DNA of 64,000 nucleotides from the human T2T-CHM13v2.0 reference genome, Homo sapiens: NCBI RefSeq assembly GCF_009914755.1, contig NC_060926.1. One strand, given 5' to 3'. Position numbers and translations under genes: made by a program. This document shows, in pieces, positions 41,153-53,515 of this stretch. Numbering within the stretch: position 1 is the first letter of the stretch; every line of letters begins with the position of its first letter. The notes beneath the pieces were generated by a model. It made no database searches. It saw only the letters and a list, made by a program, of their open reading frames with translations, and had not been told where the DNA came from.

Positions 41153-41284
41153 ACTATGATTGCCTATAATTAATTTCCTTCTTAGACTTTATGTCTAAAC
41201 CTAAAATGAACTTGGAACAGGTGAAACACTCCCCAAAAATAAAAGTGTCACTTGTTTCAGAATACAAAATAAAAAAAGGAAAAG

Positions 41285-42138
41285 TGATGGACTGGGTTGA
41301 CTAATGCCCTCTCCAAATCCATGTCCTTCCTGGAACCTTAGAATGTGAACTTAATTGTAGATATAATCGTTAAATAAAGATAAGGTCACACTGGAGCAGG
41401 ATGGATCCCTAATACATTGTGATGTATGCCCTTTTAAGAAGGGAAGAGGAGACACAGAGACAGAGACACACAAGGTAGAGGTTGGATTTGTGCTGCACAA
41501 GCCAAGGAATGCCAAGAACTGCAGCAACCACCAGAGGCTGGGTGGGAAGCATGGAACAGATTCTCTTTCTGAGCTCCCAGGAAGGAACCTGCAAATACCT
41601 TGATTTGGACTTCTGGTATCTAGAACTACGAAATTTATTTTACATTTCTGTTGTCTTAAGCTACCTAGCTCAAGGTACTTTGCTATAGCAAGCTGACATG
41701 GTTTGGATCTGTGTCCCCAGTCAAATCTCATGAGGAATTCTTATCCCCAACGTTGGAGGTGGGGCCTGGTGGGAGGTGATTGGACCATGGGGATGGTCCT
41801 TCATGAGTGGCTTTAGCACCATCACCTTGGTGCTGTTCTCATGATAGTGAGTGAGTTCTTGTAAGATCTTGTTTAAAAGCGTGTGGGACCTTCTGCTTTT
41901 CCCTCTTCCTCTTGCTACAGCCATGTGAAGCTTCTTGCTCCCCCCTTTGCCTTCCACCATGATTGAAAGTTTGCTGAGGCCTCCCCAGAAATGAAGCAGA
42001 TGTCAATATCATGCTTCCTGTACAGCCTGTGGAACCGTGAGCCAATTAAGCCCCTTTTCTTTATAAATTACCCAGTCTCGGTATTTCTTTATAGCAATGC
42101 GAGGACGGACTAATACACAGCCCTAGGAAACGAATACA
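41285..42138 (+). mobile_element. MLT1C-like LTR (41285-41693 and 42118-42138) split by an MST LTR
   Basis: CAAGCCAAGGAATGCCAAG...CACCAGAGGCTGG; terminal CAGCCCTAGGAAACGAATACA resumes after the insertion. Confidence 0.8.
41694..42117 (+). mobile_element. MSTA-type MaLR solo LTR
   Basis: TGACATGGTTTGGATCTGTGTCCCC...TAAATTACCCAGTCTC...GGACTAATACA. Confidence 0.88.
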
Positions 42139-43671
42139 AATGATAATCCATGTTTTTTAAAAATAGCATTTCCTCCTCCTTTAAGTCATATGGTATCCTG
42201 GAAAAAACATAGGCTGGAGAGTCAGAGGGACCTAGCTTTTAAAGATTTAAAAGGTAAAAGGTCTTAACTTCTTTGTTTCTTTTCTACCAAAATCTTGGAG
42301 TCTAATGCCATTTATTCAGTTACTTACTTACTTTATGTTACAGCATACACAAAAAGTTTCAAAATAATAACAACATTACTACTAATAATAAGACTAGTGA
42401 ATACGTTATAAAATTTCTCTGCAGTTCTTCTTTAGGCTATATTCCTAGTGAGCTATGCAGTGAAAGTAATGTATTTTAAATGAATTGAAATAACTTTTCC
42501 CTTGTAGTTATGCCAGCAACCTGAAACAGAGTTGAATAAATTTGTTTCAGTTTCTTTTTCATCTTTAGTGACTGTATTTTTTTGTTAGGTTTAAAATTTT
42601 AAGGTTATGTAAAACATTTACCGAATTCCAAAGTCAAAAATTTAAAAACAAGGTCAATTCAGGGAAGGGTACCTTCCATCCCTATCCCCTCCAAAGTTCT
42701 ATTGGTAACAATTTTAATTAGCTTCTGGTTTATCTGCTCTATTTGTGAAAATATAGGTAAATGTACACACACACAGCTACATAATACATATATTCCTCCT
42801 CTCTCTCACACAAAAGGTAGCACATTTTATACACTGTTCTTCACTTGCTTATTAGACAACAGTACCTCCCAGAGATGCCTGCATGTCACCATACAGAGAG
42901 AAACCTCAGAGTGACACAGCGGGGTCCATGGACTCACATCGAGCAGCTTTATTTTGGACTAGGAATGTGTGTCTTGGAGGAGGGACATGGGAAAGAGAGC
43001 TGGCCTCAAAACTTGCTGGTCTTGCTCAGGGAAGGGCACCATCATAGTTTACAGCCTGATTGTTTCCAAGAATGGGGTGCATGGGAGTCAGCGTGGGAGC
43101 CCCTGATGCCAGCCTGTCTGTGTGGGGATTCAGGGGGTGTGAGTGTGTGTCCCCAGCATGGGCCACTGGTGCCTGGTGGGGCCAGTTGAGGCTGAAGTGA
43201 GCCTGTTGGAGCCTACTTACAGGAAGACTTTATCCCGGGGGAGAAAAGATGGCAGTTACGTTAGGGGTGACTCTGGAACAAAACTGTGGCTGTGTGGAGG
43301 GGAGGGCATTCCTGAGGACCACATGGTGGCTGTTTCAGAATTTGTTCCTTCCCCAGGCACATGTCTGGCACTTGGGGTCAGAGAAGGCAGTAAGTAAAAG
43401 CTGCTAGAATTTTCCCATTGCAACCTCTGCTCTAGAACCCTGTTCCCAAAGTGATAACATAAAAGGAAGCCATATTTCCTGGATCCTGTCCCCACATGCC
43501 AGCCTTTCATCCCACCCAGGGGGCTCCTTGTGGATCAGACAATGCCCAGTGGGGAGCCAGTGGAACTGCTGGTGAGCATATGGGAGAAACCCCTCAGGGC
43601 CCCTGGAGGTGTGTCAGTGCAACAAGAAGGAGGGACTTCTTAGGCTGTGTGGGAGGTGAAGAAAAACCAAA

Positions 43672-44179
43672 ATGAAAGAAAGAAGAAGGAAGGAAGGAAG
43701 GAGGGAGGGAGGGAGAGAAGAAAGGAAGGGAGGGAGGGAAGGAAACAAGGAAGGAAGGAGGCACAGACGGAGGGAAGGAAAGAAAGAGGGAAGGAAGGAG
43801 GGAAGGGAGGAACAGAGGGAGGGAAGGAAAGAAGGAAAGAGGGAAGGAAGGAAGAACGGAGGGAGGAAGGGAGGAAGGAAGGAGGCATGGAGGGAGGAAG
43901 AGAGGAAGGAAGGATGGAAGGAAGGGAGAAAGGAAGGAAGGAGGGAGGGAGGGAAGAAAGGAAGGGGGGGAAGAAAGAAGGAGGCAAGGAAGGAAGGAAG
44001 GAGAGAAGGAAGGAAGGACAGAGGGAGGGACAGAGGGAGGGAAGGAAAGAAAGAAAGAGGAAGGAAGGAAGGAGGGAAGGAAAGAGGAAGGGAGAAACAG
44101 AGGGATGGAAGGAAAGAAGGAAAGAGGGGAAGAAGGAAGGAGGAATGGAGGGAGGAAGGAAGGAAGGAAGGAAGGGAGG
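43672..44179 (+). repeat. ~500-bp purine-rich (GGAA/GGAG) low-complexity repeat
   Basis: Almost pure A/G on the + strand. Confidence 0.95.
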
Positions 44180-45662
44180 CTTATCAGGGGCCTAAGTCTT
44201 GGCATAGACAGGTGAGGCCCCGGCCAGGTAAATCTGAGCTATTACCTTTACTGGGACTCCTGAAGTGCTCAGACTGGGGAGTACTGAGAAGCATGGGGGA
44301 CAGTGTAAATTAGTTTCCCAAATCATCCCATTTCTCCCTCCTCAAGCCCTACACAACAGCCATGCCCTGCAGTGTCCTCACCTGAAAAGAAGGGACTGAC
44401 TAGACAAGCTCCAGGGTGCCCCCGGCTCTGACGTTTTACGGTTCCATGATTTCTACAAAGGACACTGAAGTGCCCCCGAGAACAGACTGTGCCTCTCCAC
44501 AGAACCGTGAACCATGGATTGTAACGTTCATGCCCCAGGCCTCCATAAAAACAGCATCCATAATGTTTGCCAAGGCCCCCAGGTTAGTCCTGTCTCGGTA
44601 GCATGATGTGCGTGTGACTGAAGAGTCGTGTGAGCCTGGGTAGGCCATTTGGAGGCCTGGGTCCTCTGACATTGAGAGCCATGTGCCCTTGGGCAAGTCA
44701 GTTAACAAAAGGAAAGCTGCCAGCCAGATGCACATGGCCACATTAAAATCCACAGAGCCACCGTATGTGGGAATGCTCTCTCTTGCTGAGGGGTCAGCCT
44801 TTTATACCAAGGCCAATGGTCCAGAAGCAGCAGAGTGAAGCTCGCAGCAGCTTATGGCCCCACCTTTTGTACTGAGGGCCTAGGACTACAGAGAGCCCCT
44901 GGGCAAACCCAGATGTCATCGCCAGGCCACTGTGGATCTGTGCATCCTTCTCAGAGGCCGGTGACTGCTGTGGCTTCCTCAGGCTCCTTCTGCAGCCCAG
45001 CTGCAGGGATGCCAGTTGTCAGCCCAGCCTGCCTCTGCAGGCCTTCCTTCCAGCAGCTCCTTAGAGAGGATTTTCTTAGCCTGGCCCCAGGGAAGCTCAT
45101 ACATCTACCTTGTGTCCTTCAACCTCTCATATCCTATTGATGGTCTTGAAGGAGAACCCCCATAGAATGTTATTTGGGGTATTACTGTTTAGAGCAGCCT
45201 AGAGGTCCCTCCAATTCTGGAGAGGATGGCAGTCCTGTCCTGTTATGCTGCCTGCAAGGGTGAAGCCATTAGGGGAGAGGGCTGGGGAAGGATTCAGGAG
45301 GTGGGAGATGTGGCTGTGAAAAGCAGCTTGCAGGGGGCAGCTGGATGGGGCGGCGGAGAGGGCACCACCTCCCTACCAGACCCTGTGGCTGCTTTGCCAC
45401 ATCCTTACATAGTTCCTGTGGTGCCTCTCCCTACCCCAAGGGGTGGTTCAGATATATGGGCACCTGACCCCACTCTAAGCTGATACCAGTCCTTTCCCAG
45501 AGTTAGTGCAATTGGAAATGAGGAAACAGCAAGGCCCTTTCTGATGGCAGAGGCTGAGGAATGTGAGGCTTGGGAACTGTTGGCTTCTGTGCTTTCTGGC
45601 TGGTGGAGGAGTTAGAGCCCTGACACCTGGGCTTGTGGAGATGGGGGGTGGGGGGTGGGGGG

Positions 45663-45725
45663 CAGAGAGAGAGAGAGAGAGAGAGAGACAAAGAGAGAGA
45701 CAGAGACAGACAGAGACAGACAGAG
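45663..45725 (+). repeat. (GA)n/(GAGACA)n microsatellite preceded by a G-run
   Basis: Direct reading. Confidence 0.9.
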
Positions 45726-45883
45726 GAAGGCTGGTGGATTTTGGAGTTGGAGCAGCTGGCCCCAGTTGTCTGACACCAGCCACACTCCTGACCTTCTGTA
45801 GTTAGGACATGCACGTCTTCCCTGAGTTTCATGAGCCAATACATTTCCATTTTGTTACAGAGAATTCAGATTGGATTTTACTA

Positions 45884-47129
45884 CATTCTTGCATTGCTTA
45901 ACGATGGAGATATGTTTTGAGAAATGTGTTGTTAGGTGATTTCGTCATTGTGCGAACATCACAGAGTGAACTTACACAAACCTAGATGGTACAGCCTATT
46001 ACACACCTAGGCTACAAACCTGCACAGCATGTTACTGTATTCAATACTGTAGGCAATTGTAACATAAGAGTAAGTATTTGTGTATGTAAACATAGAGAAA
46101 ATATAGTAAAAATACAGTGTAAAAGATAAAAAATGGTACACCTGTACAGGACACTTTCCATGAACGGAGCTTGTAGGGCTAGAAGTTACTCTGGGTGAGT
46201 CAGTGGGTGAGTGGTGAGAGAATGTGAGGGCCTAGGACATTTCTGTACACTGCTGTAGACCTTAGAAACACTATAGTTAGGCTATACTAAATTAAAAAAA
46301 AAACCTTTTTCTTTCTTCAATAATAAATTAACCTTAGCTTACTGTAACTTTTTTACTTTACGGTAAGATTACTGTAACTTCCTTACTTTATAAACTTCTA
46401 TTTTTTTAACTTTTTGACCATTTCATAATAATATTTTAAAACACAAGCACATCAGCTATGCAAAAATATTTTCTTTATATCCTCATCCTGTATTTTTCTA
46501 TTTTTATAATTTTTTATTTTTCAATTTTTAAGCTTTTTTTTTTTGTTAAAAATGAAGACACAAAGGCACATTAGCCTAGGCCTATACAGGGTCAGGACCA
46601 TCAATATGATTGTCTTCTACTTCTTTATCCTGTCTCACTAGAGGGTCTTTGGGGCCATAACACTCATGGAACTGTCGTCTCCTAGGATAACACTGTCTTC
46701 TTCCGGAATCTTCCTGAAGGACCTGCATGAGGCTGTTTTACAGTTAACTTTTTAAAAAGTAAGTAGGAGTACACTCCAAAATAATGGTTAAAAGTATAGT
46801 ATAGTAAATACATAAACCAATAACATAATCATTTACTGTTACCATCAAGTATTATGCACTACTGTACATAATTGTATATGTTACACTTTTATACAACTGG
46901 TAGTGCAGAAGTTTTGTGTTTTTATTAACCTGGGCTCTATGGATCTGATCACAGTAGTTTGTTGACCAGATCGCCAGAAACAAGTGAGTAATATGTTGGG
47001 CTATGACTTTACGACACCAATGATGTCATGCGGTGATAGGAATTTTTCAGCTCCATTATAATCTTACAGGACCAATGTCATATATGCAGTCTGTTGTTGA
47101 CCAAAACATTGTTATGTGGTGTGTGACTG
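45884..47129. mobile_element. Tigger3b (MER7B-type) DNA transposon, near full length, nested in an old MLT1 LTR
   Basis: Degenerate TIRs with TA flanks, CACAAACCTAGATGG..., GAATTTTTCAGCTCCATTATAATCTT; MLT1 tail resumes at 47132-47158. Confidence 0.88.
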
Positions 47130-47668
47130 TACTTGTAAGAGAAAGTCCTGCGTAACACAGATAGTCCAGGGAGCCACATTTTATTCTCTCTCTCTCTCTG
47201 TGTATATTTTTCAGACTCATTTGGAGTCAGTTGCCCCTTTACCCCTAACTACTTGAATTTGCTCCTAATGACAAGAACGTTCATTTAAATATCCACAGTA
47301 CAATAATCAAAACCATAAAGTCAACATTGATACAGTATTATATTATCCATGTTGCTTAAATTTCACCAATTTTCCCAATAATGTAGTAATCCCCTGCGTA
47401 GCAAGATCAAGAACCATTGAGCCTAAGCCCATGGGCTGAGCCCTGGCTGCACAATAGTAGAGTCACCTGGGGTGGAGAGGAGCTTTTAAAAACTACAGAT
47501 GCCTACCTCTAGAAATTGGATCGATTGGCCAAGTCGTGTGTATTTGTGTGTCTGTGTTCATGGTTACTCTGATACACACTTAGTGTGGAAACCATTGATC
47601 TAAGCCAGTATATGGTCACTTCCTTTTATTTCTTTCTCATTTGTCAGTTCCCGTTAGTTCTGGGTGGG

Positions 47669-48097
47669 TATACTGGGTTGAATAGTGTTCCCTAAACGTT
47701 CATATCAGAAAGTGACCTTCTTTGAAAATAGGGGTTTTGCAGATGTAATCAAGTTGAGATGAGTCATGTTGGATTAGGGAGGGCACTAAATTCTACAACC
47801 AATGTCCTTCAAGAGGAGGGAGATTTGAAGACATAGAGACCCACAGAAAGGAAGGCCATGTGATGATGGGGCAGAGTGTGAAATGATGCTGCTATAAGCC
47901 AAGCAATACCAAGGATTGCTGGGAGCCAGCAGAATCTAGAAAAAGGCAAGGAAGGATTCTTCCCTAGAGCCTTCAAAAGTAACAAGGCGCTGCTGAACAT
48001 TTCAGATTTCTAGCCTCCAAATCTGTGAGATAATTAAATTTCTGCCGTTTACCTAACCAAGTTTCTGGTAATTTGTTACTGTAGGAAAATAATATAG
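47669..48097 (+). mobile_element. MLT1C-like MaLR LTR
   Basis: GGGTTGAATAGTGTTCCC...TTGCAGATGTAATCAAG...GGCAAGGAAGGATTCTTCCCTAGAGCC. Confidence 0.82.
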
Positions 48098-48479
48098 TGG
48101 TCAAGGGACCTAGTTAAGCCAAGATGGCCCAAGGGCAATTTTACTGGGTCTTTTGTCAGCTATTCTTTCCTAGTAACAAAAGATTCACAGGAGTGTGGTA
48201 GTCTTTAGCGTTGGCTGGTGGGGGCGCCTGGGAGGATTACACTTCTCTGGCTCTTAGAGAGAGGTGTGGCTTGTAAACAGATTCTTGAGGTATCTTCCAG
48301 GACAGGCTAGATTACGCTTGACACTTCTGGGTGTACATTTACAAGTCCGTGGGTGATCCAAACCGTGCTCTCATCCTCTGACGCAGAGACCAGTGATGCT
48401 TCAGATGGGGGTTGCTCAGATGGACAAGGCCCGGGAGTAAGATGGCTTACTGGGAATCCACAAAACCTATTTGTTACAG

Positions 48480-49039
48480 GTTTCAAGTGAGACTCTTGAT
48501 TCTATTCTTGCCACAAGGGGCAAGGGAGTAGAGTCTGAGTTTCCTGAATTTTAATGGGCTTTTGTTACTAAATATTTCTCAGTTTCATCTTTTACTAATA
48601 GAAGTCGTGAAGCAGTTGCCTCTCCCAACCCTAAAAGTCCCTGAACTTGTGGACTCTATTCCCTTCCATCCCTGCTTGCAAACTGGTTAATTCTTTTGTA
48701 AGCCCATCTCTTTCTTATAATGTCTTGCCAAACACAAGCAAAAGCAGCCAACATGCAATACTAACCTTGTGTTTTCAGCAACTTCTCTTGGAGTGATAAG
48801 TTCCAAGTTAGGTCTGTCTCCTGTCAGTGGCAACTTTGTCAAATATTTGCCTCTTCATAAAAGGGACCATTTTCAATTTTGGTCAACAACAATGCTTTGG
48901 TCGACAGCATCCTCCTTGCCCCTCCCAGCCTCTAAGCCAATGTACCTATTTTAGTTTTTTATTTAATCAGCAACATTCTTTTAGTATCTTCTATGATTGG
49001 CTACGTAACAAATGACCCTCAAAAAAAATCTTAGTGGTT
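48480..49039 (-). mobile_element. MLT1 internal sequence joined to the 3' end of its LTR (LTR continues after the Alu)
   Basis: MaLR-int-like AAAGCAGCCAACAT...AGCCAATGTACCTATTTTAG then GTAACAAATGACC...CTTAGTGG. Confidence 0.5.
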
Positions 49040-49357
<318 letters not shown>

Positions 49358-49639
49358 TTAGTGGCTTCTAAGAACAGAGGCCTTTCTTTTTTCTCACTCA
49401 AGCAAACACTCACTTGGAAGTTAACTTAGTAACCTATCTTTTCAGTTTATAGGTCTCCGGATCAAGAGGAGCCACATCCTGACTTGATGCAAGGACCACT
49501 CTGTATCCCCCAGGGGCCTCAGACTTGATGTTGTGGAGGTGTGGGGCTTTGGCTGCTTCCCTGGAAGGATGGAGAGTATATTTTGCCTGTGGAAGGGAGA
49601 GTGTGACCAGAAGGGCAGATTGAATAGTCACTAGCTCTG

Positions 49640-50250
49640 CTTACAGATGATTTTGGGTGTTGACCTCCTGGGCATGTCCAGGGTGGTACCTCCCTTCCCC
49701 CATCGAGACAGGAGTGAGCTGCTTTGTCCAGTGGATTGTGAGTAGAAGTTATGTGTGTCTCTTCCAGCTGGAAGCTTTAAAAGCCAGTGTGGCCACACAA
49801 TCATGGCTGTTCTGTCAGCCAGGACCTGGACCGAGGGGACATGGAACAGAACCCCCAGGTAGCATGAGTGAGAAATAAACTCTTGTCTTTTTAGGCCCTA
49901 AGATTTGAGGAAGTGTATGTGAAGTCGTTTCGGGGTTGTTTGTTACCACTACACTATTTTGGCTGATATAGAAGGAAATACTCCTCTTCTGCTTTGCACA
50001 GGGTGGTGCTTGGAGCTGCAGCATCCATCTTACAACTGGTAGAAGACAAGTTAAAAAAAAAAAGGTAACGATTACATATAGAGAAAGGATGGCGGATGGT
50101 GGAGCAGAAAGATGCAAAGGACCTGGGTCCCCAGGGTAGAGCCATCAAATTCACCCCTGGGGCTTTCCTACCACCAAGCTTCCTGTGATGTGAGAAAACA
50201 AAGCCCCTTTTATCATGGATGACTGGGTATTATTACTCGCAGCTGCACAG
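49640..50250 (+). mobile_element. Two old MLT1 (I/J-like) LTR fragments
   Basis: GCATGAGTGAGAAATAAACTCTTGT and GGAGCAGAAAGATG...GTGATGTGAGAAAA motifs. Confidence 0.55.
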
Positions 50251-50253
50251 GTG

Positions 50254-50736
50254 TGGTAGACAGAGGAATGACTCGCCAAAGGTGCTCATGTTTTAATCCC
50301 TAGTACCGGAGAGTGTGTTTCTGATATGGCAAAATGGACATTGCTGGTGTGATTAAAGTATGGATCTTGTGGTGGGAAGATTATTCCCATTGACCATGGA
50401 TTATTCCCATGGGTCCCATGTAAACAAGTCCAAGGGAGGCAAGAAGGTCAAAGTCAGTAGAAGATGGAACGATGAAAGCAGAGCTTGAAGTGATGCATTT
50501 TGAAGACAGACGAAGGGGCCAGGAGCTAAGAAATGCAGGCAGCCTCTAGGAGCTAGTAAAGACAAGGAAATGCATTTTTCCCTGGAGCTGTGAGAAGGAA
50601 CCCAGCTCTGCCAACACCTTGATTTTAACCCTGTAAGTCCTATTTTGGACTTCTGACTTCCAGAAATGTAAGAGAATAAATTGGTGCTATCTTAAGCCAC
50701 TCACTTTGTGGGAATTTGTTACTGGAAACGAATACA
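50254..50736 (+). mobile_element. MLT1D MaLR solo LTR
   Basis: TGTGGTAGACAGA...GCAGCCTCTAGGAGCT...GGACTTCTGACTTCCAGAA...GGAAACGAATACA. Confidence 0.85.
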
Positions 50737-51199
50737 GATGGCATCCACTAACCTCACGACAGCAGACCACACCATCATCTCCCCAGCAAAGTAGCCTCTG
50801 GAAGGGAACGGCTAACATTTCCTTGAGTATTTAAAAGGAGAATCAACAAGGTATATGAGAATTAGGGAGCAGAAAGGAAGGAACATTTTCCACTTAGGTT
50901 ATAACTCATTTTCCTCCAGCCACAACAAAAAAAGGAGTGTCCTGGGAAATGAGTATCGTGTTCCGGTCGATCACCTCGTCATGAATGCAGCTTCCAGCTA
51001 CCCTGGACTGCAGTGCTGTAGACCTGGGACGCCTTTAGATTACCGTGATATTAGAGTTCACAGTAATGCCCAGTGCGGGGAAGAGGTGAGATACAGCTGA
51101 GGAGGGGCCAGAGCTGGAGCCAGGCTATCTTGGGTCGTGGGGGTCAGGCAAAGTGGCTGGCCGGGAGATCTGCTGAGTGGGTCAGCCGGTCAGTCCTGA

Positions 51200-52270
51200 G
51201 CAGCCGGGCCTCTGGTGCCCAGGTCCACGTGACTGGCACCCTTTCTAGGGGTCTAGTACTTGTTTCTTACGGCTCACAAATCTTGAGGGACAGTTGATAA
51301 CTGGAGGGTAGAGTTTTCGCTTCCTCGGAAGGGCAAGGGGAGGCCACCGTAGAAGCGCCCGCTCGCGCCGGACCTCCCGCCCGGGAAGCCAGGGCAGGGC
51401 GGGGCCGGGGAGGGAGGGGAGAGGAAGGTGAGGAGGGAGGAGACGGGCCGGGAGGGGTGGAGAGGGAGAGGGCGTGCGCCTGGGGCCTCACCTGCTGGGA
51501 GCTGGAGGAGGCGCGGAGCGAAGCCGGCCCTGCCAGCCACGCGGAGAAGCAGAGGCAGGTGAGCGCGATGCAGCCGGCGCCGGGTCTGGGGCTCGGGGAC
51601 TCCTCCCTGCACCGCTACCTGGACGGCGACTTCTGGAGCCTCAAGAACGAGCTGCGCGGACTCCTCGGCGGCGCCCGCTCTTCCGGCAAAGGTACCGCGC
51701 TGCGGCCGTCGCCCCTGCCCGCGCCCCCGAAGCCGCCGAGCGTGTCCCCTCGGTCCCCGGAGCGTCGCTGCGGACAACGCCCTGGCGAGGGCGAGGTGGG
51801 GTGTGCGCCGCGCCTGAGAGGCGGGTCCCTGCCTCGCCGCAGGTGACGGGCTCCCCTCCCCAGGTGTGTGGGCGCAGCCGGCCGCCGCCGACCTCTTCGG
51901 CCCCCTGAGAGGTGCCCTCTCCTCCCGAGCTCCCTCCCCCACGAAGAGTCGGGTGCAGGGCTGGGCCCCGCGGTGACAGGCGCGGTGTCTACGAAGACCG
52001 TGTGGCTGGAAGATCGGCCTTGCTGGTTTGTTGAACCTGTTTCTTGAGTCCCCGCCCCGCGATGTCCCACCCTTGGTGGGGAGAAGGGGACAGAAAACCG
52101 CGATGGGATGGGCGCACAGGGATGGAGTGGCCCTGTCCAGGGCGTGTCTGGGCGTCGGGGTGGGACAGGCTTACAGGACCCCCTCGGAGTGCAGGTGTGC
52201 GGAATGGGCAGCTTCAGCGGGGCGGTTTGGTTATAAGAAGAACTCAGGTCCTCGATGTCATCCGATGCCA
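51200..52270. promoter_or_regulatory. CpG island / promoter, possibly bidirectional
   Basis: Very high GC and CpG density versus CpG-depleted flanks; GC box GGGCGGGGC 51397-51405; E-box CCACGTGAC at 51225-51233; several consensus 5' splice donors. Confidence 0.9.
51568..51691 (+). CDS. Candidate first coding exon: MQPAPGLGLGDSSLHRYLDGDFWSLKNELRGLLGGARSSGK (phase-1 donor)
   Basis: ATG with G at -3 inside the CpG island; run of codons all ending in G/C (CTG CAC CGC TAC CTG GAC GGC GAC TTC TGG AGC CTC AAG AAC GAG CTG CGC); AAAG|GTACCG donor; no downstream exon identified. Confidence 0.45.
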
Positions 52271-52742
52271 GGACAGCCCTGAGAAGCAGGCAGAGGGTTG
52301 AGTGCTTGAGCTGCACTGGAGATAGAGAGATGGTTCAGTCACCGGACAGTCAGGACCAGAACTCGGCATTCGTGTCTCCTGTGGGCTCTCTTTCTCATAC
52401 CCATTTCAAGCAGTCTGAAAAGCCCAGTTGGAGGCATGCTTTGGAGTTCTAGCTTAAGAAAGGCCCTATTAAAAATGTCAGTATGTGCCCGTGGAGGATT
52501 AATTGGTTAGCCATGCCCACTTAGCCCTCGTTTAATTTATTTTGCGGAAATGAGAGGGAAGGAGATGGCTTGAGTGAACGTCAGGCTGTCCTTGGAGAAT
52601 CTGGGGTTCCTGCACTGAGGTTACCTAGTGGGGAGTTGGGGGCGTTTGAAAGTTGAAAAGTGAGAAGTGTGGGATGGTGGGTATATCCATCAGTGTCTCG
52701 CCGACTTCTCTTTCCCTCTCTCTCATACATAGTTCTTTAAGT

Positions 52743-53515
<773 letters not shown>

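Noticed and set aside
43594-44313. 182-213 aa ORFs
   Set aside because: Stop-free because of the purine-only repeat; low-complexity artefacts.
51274-52316. 222-aa and 233-aa minus-strand ORFs
   Set aside because: Pro/Arg/Gly/Ala-rich frames typical of stop-poor CpG islands; no domain recognised.
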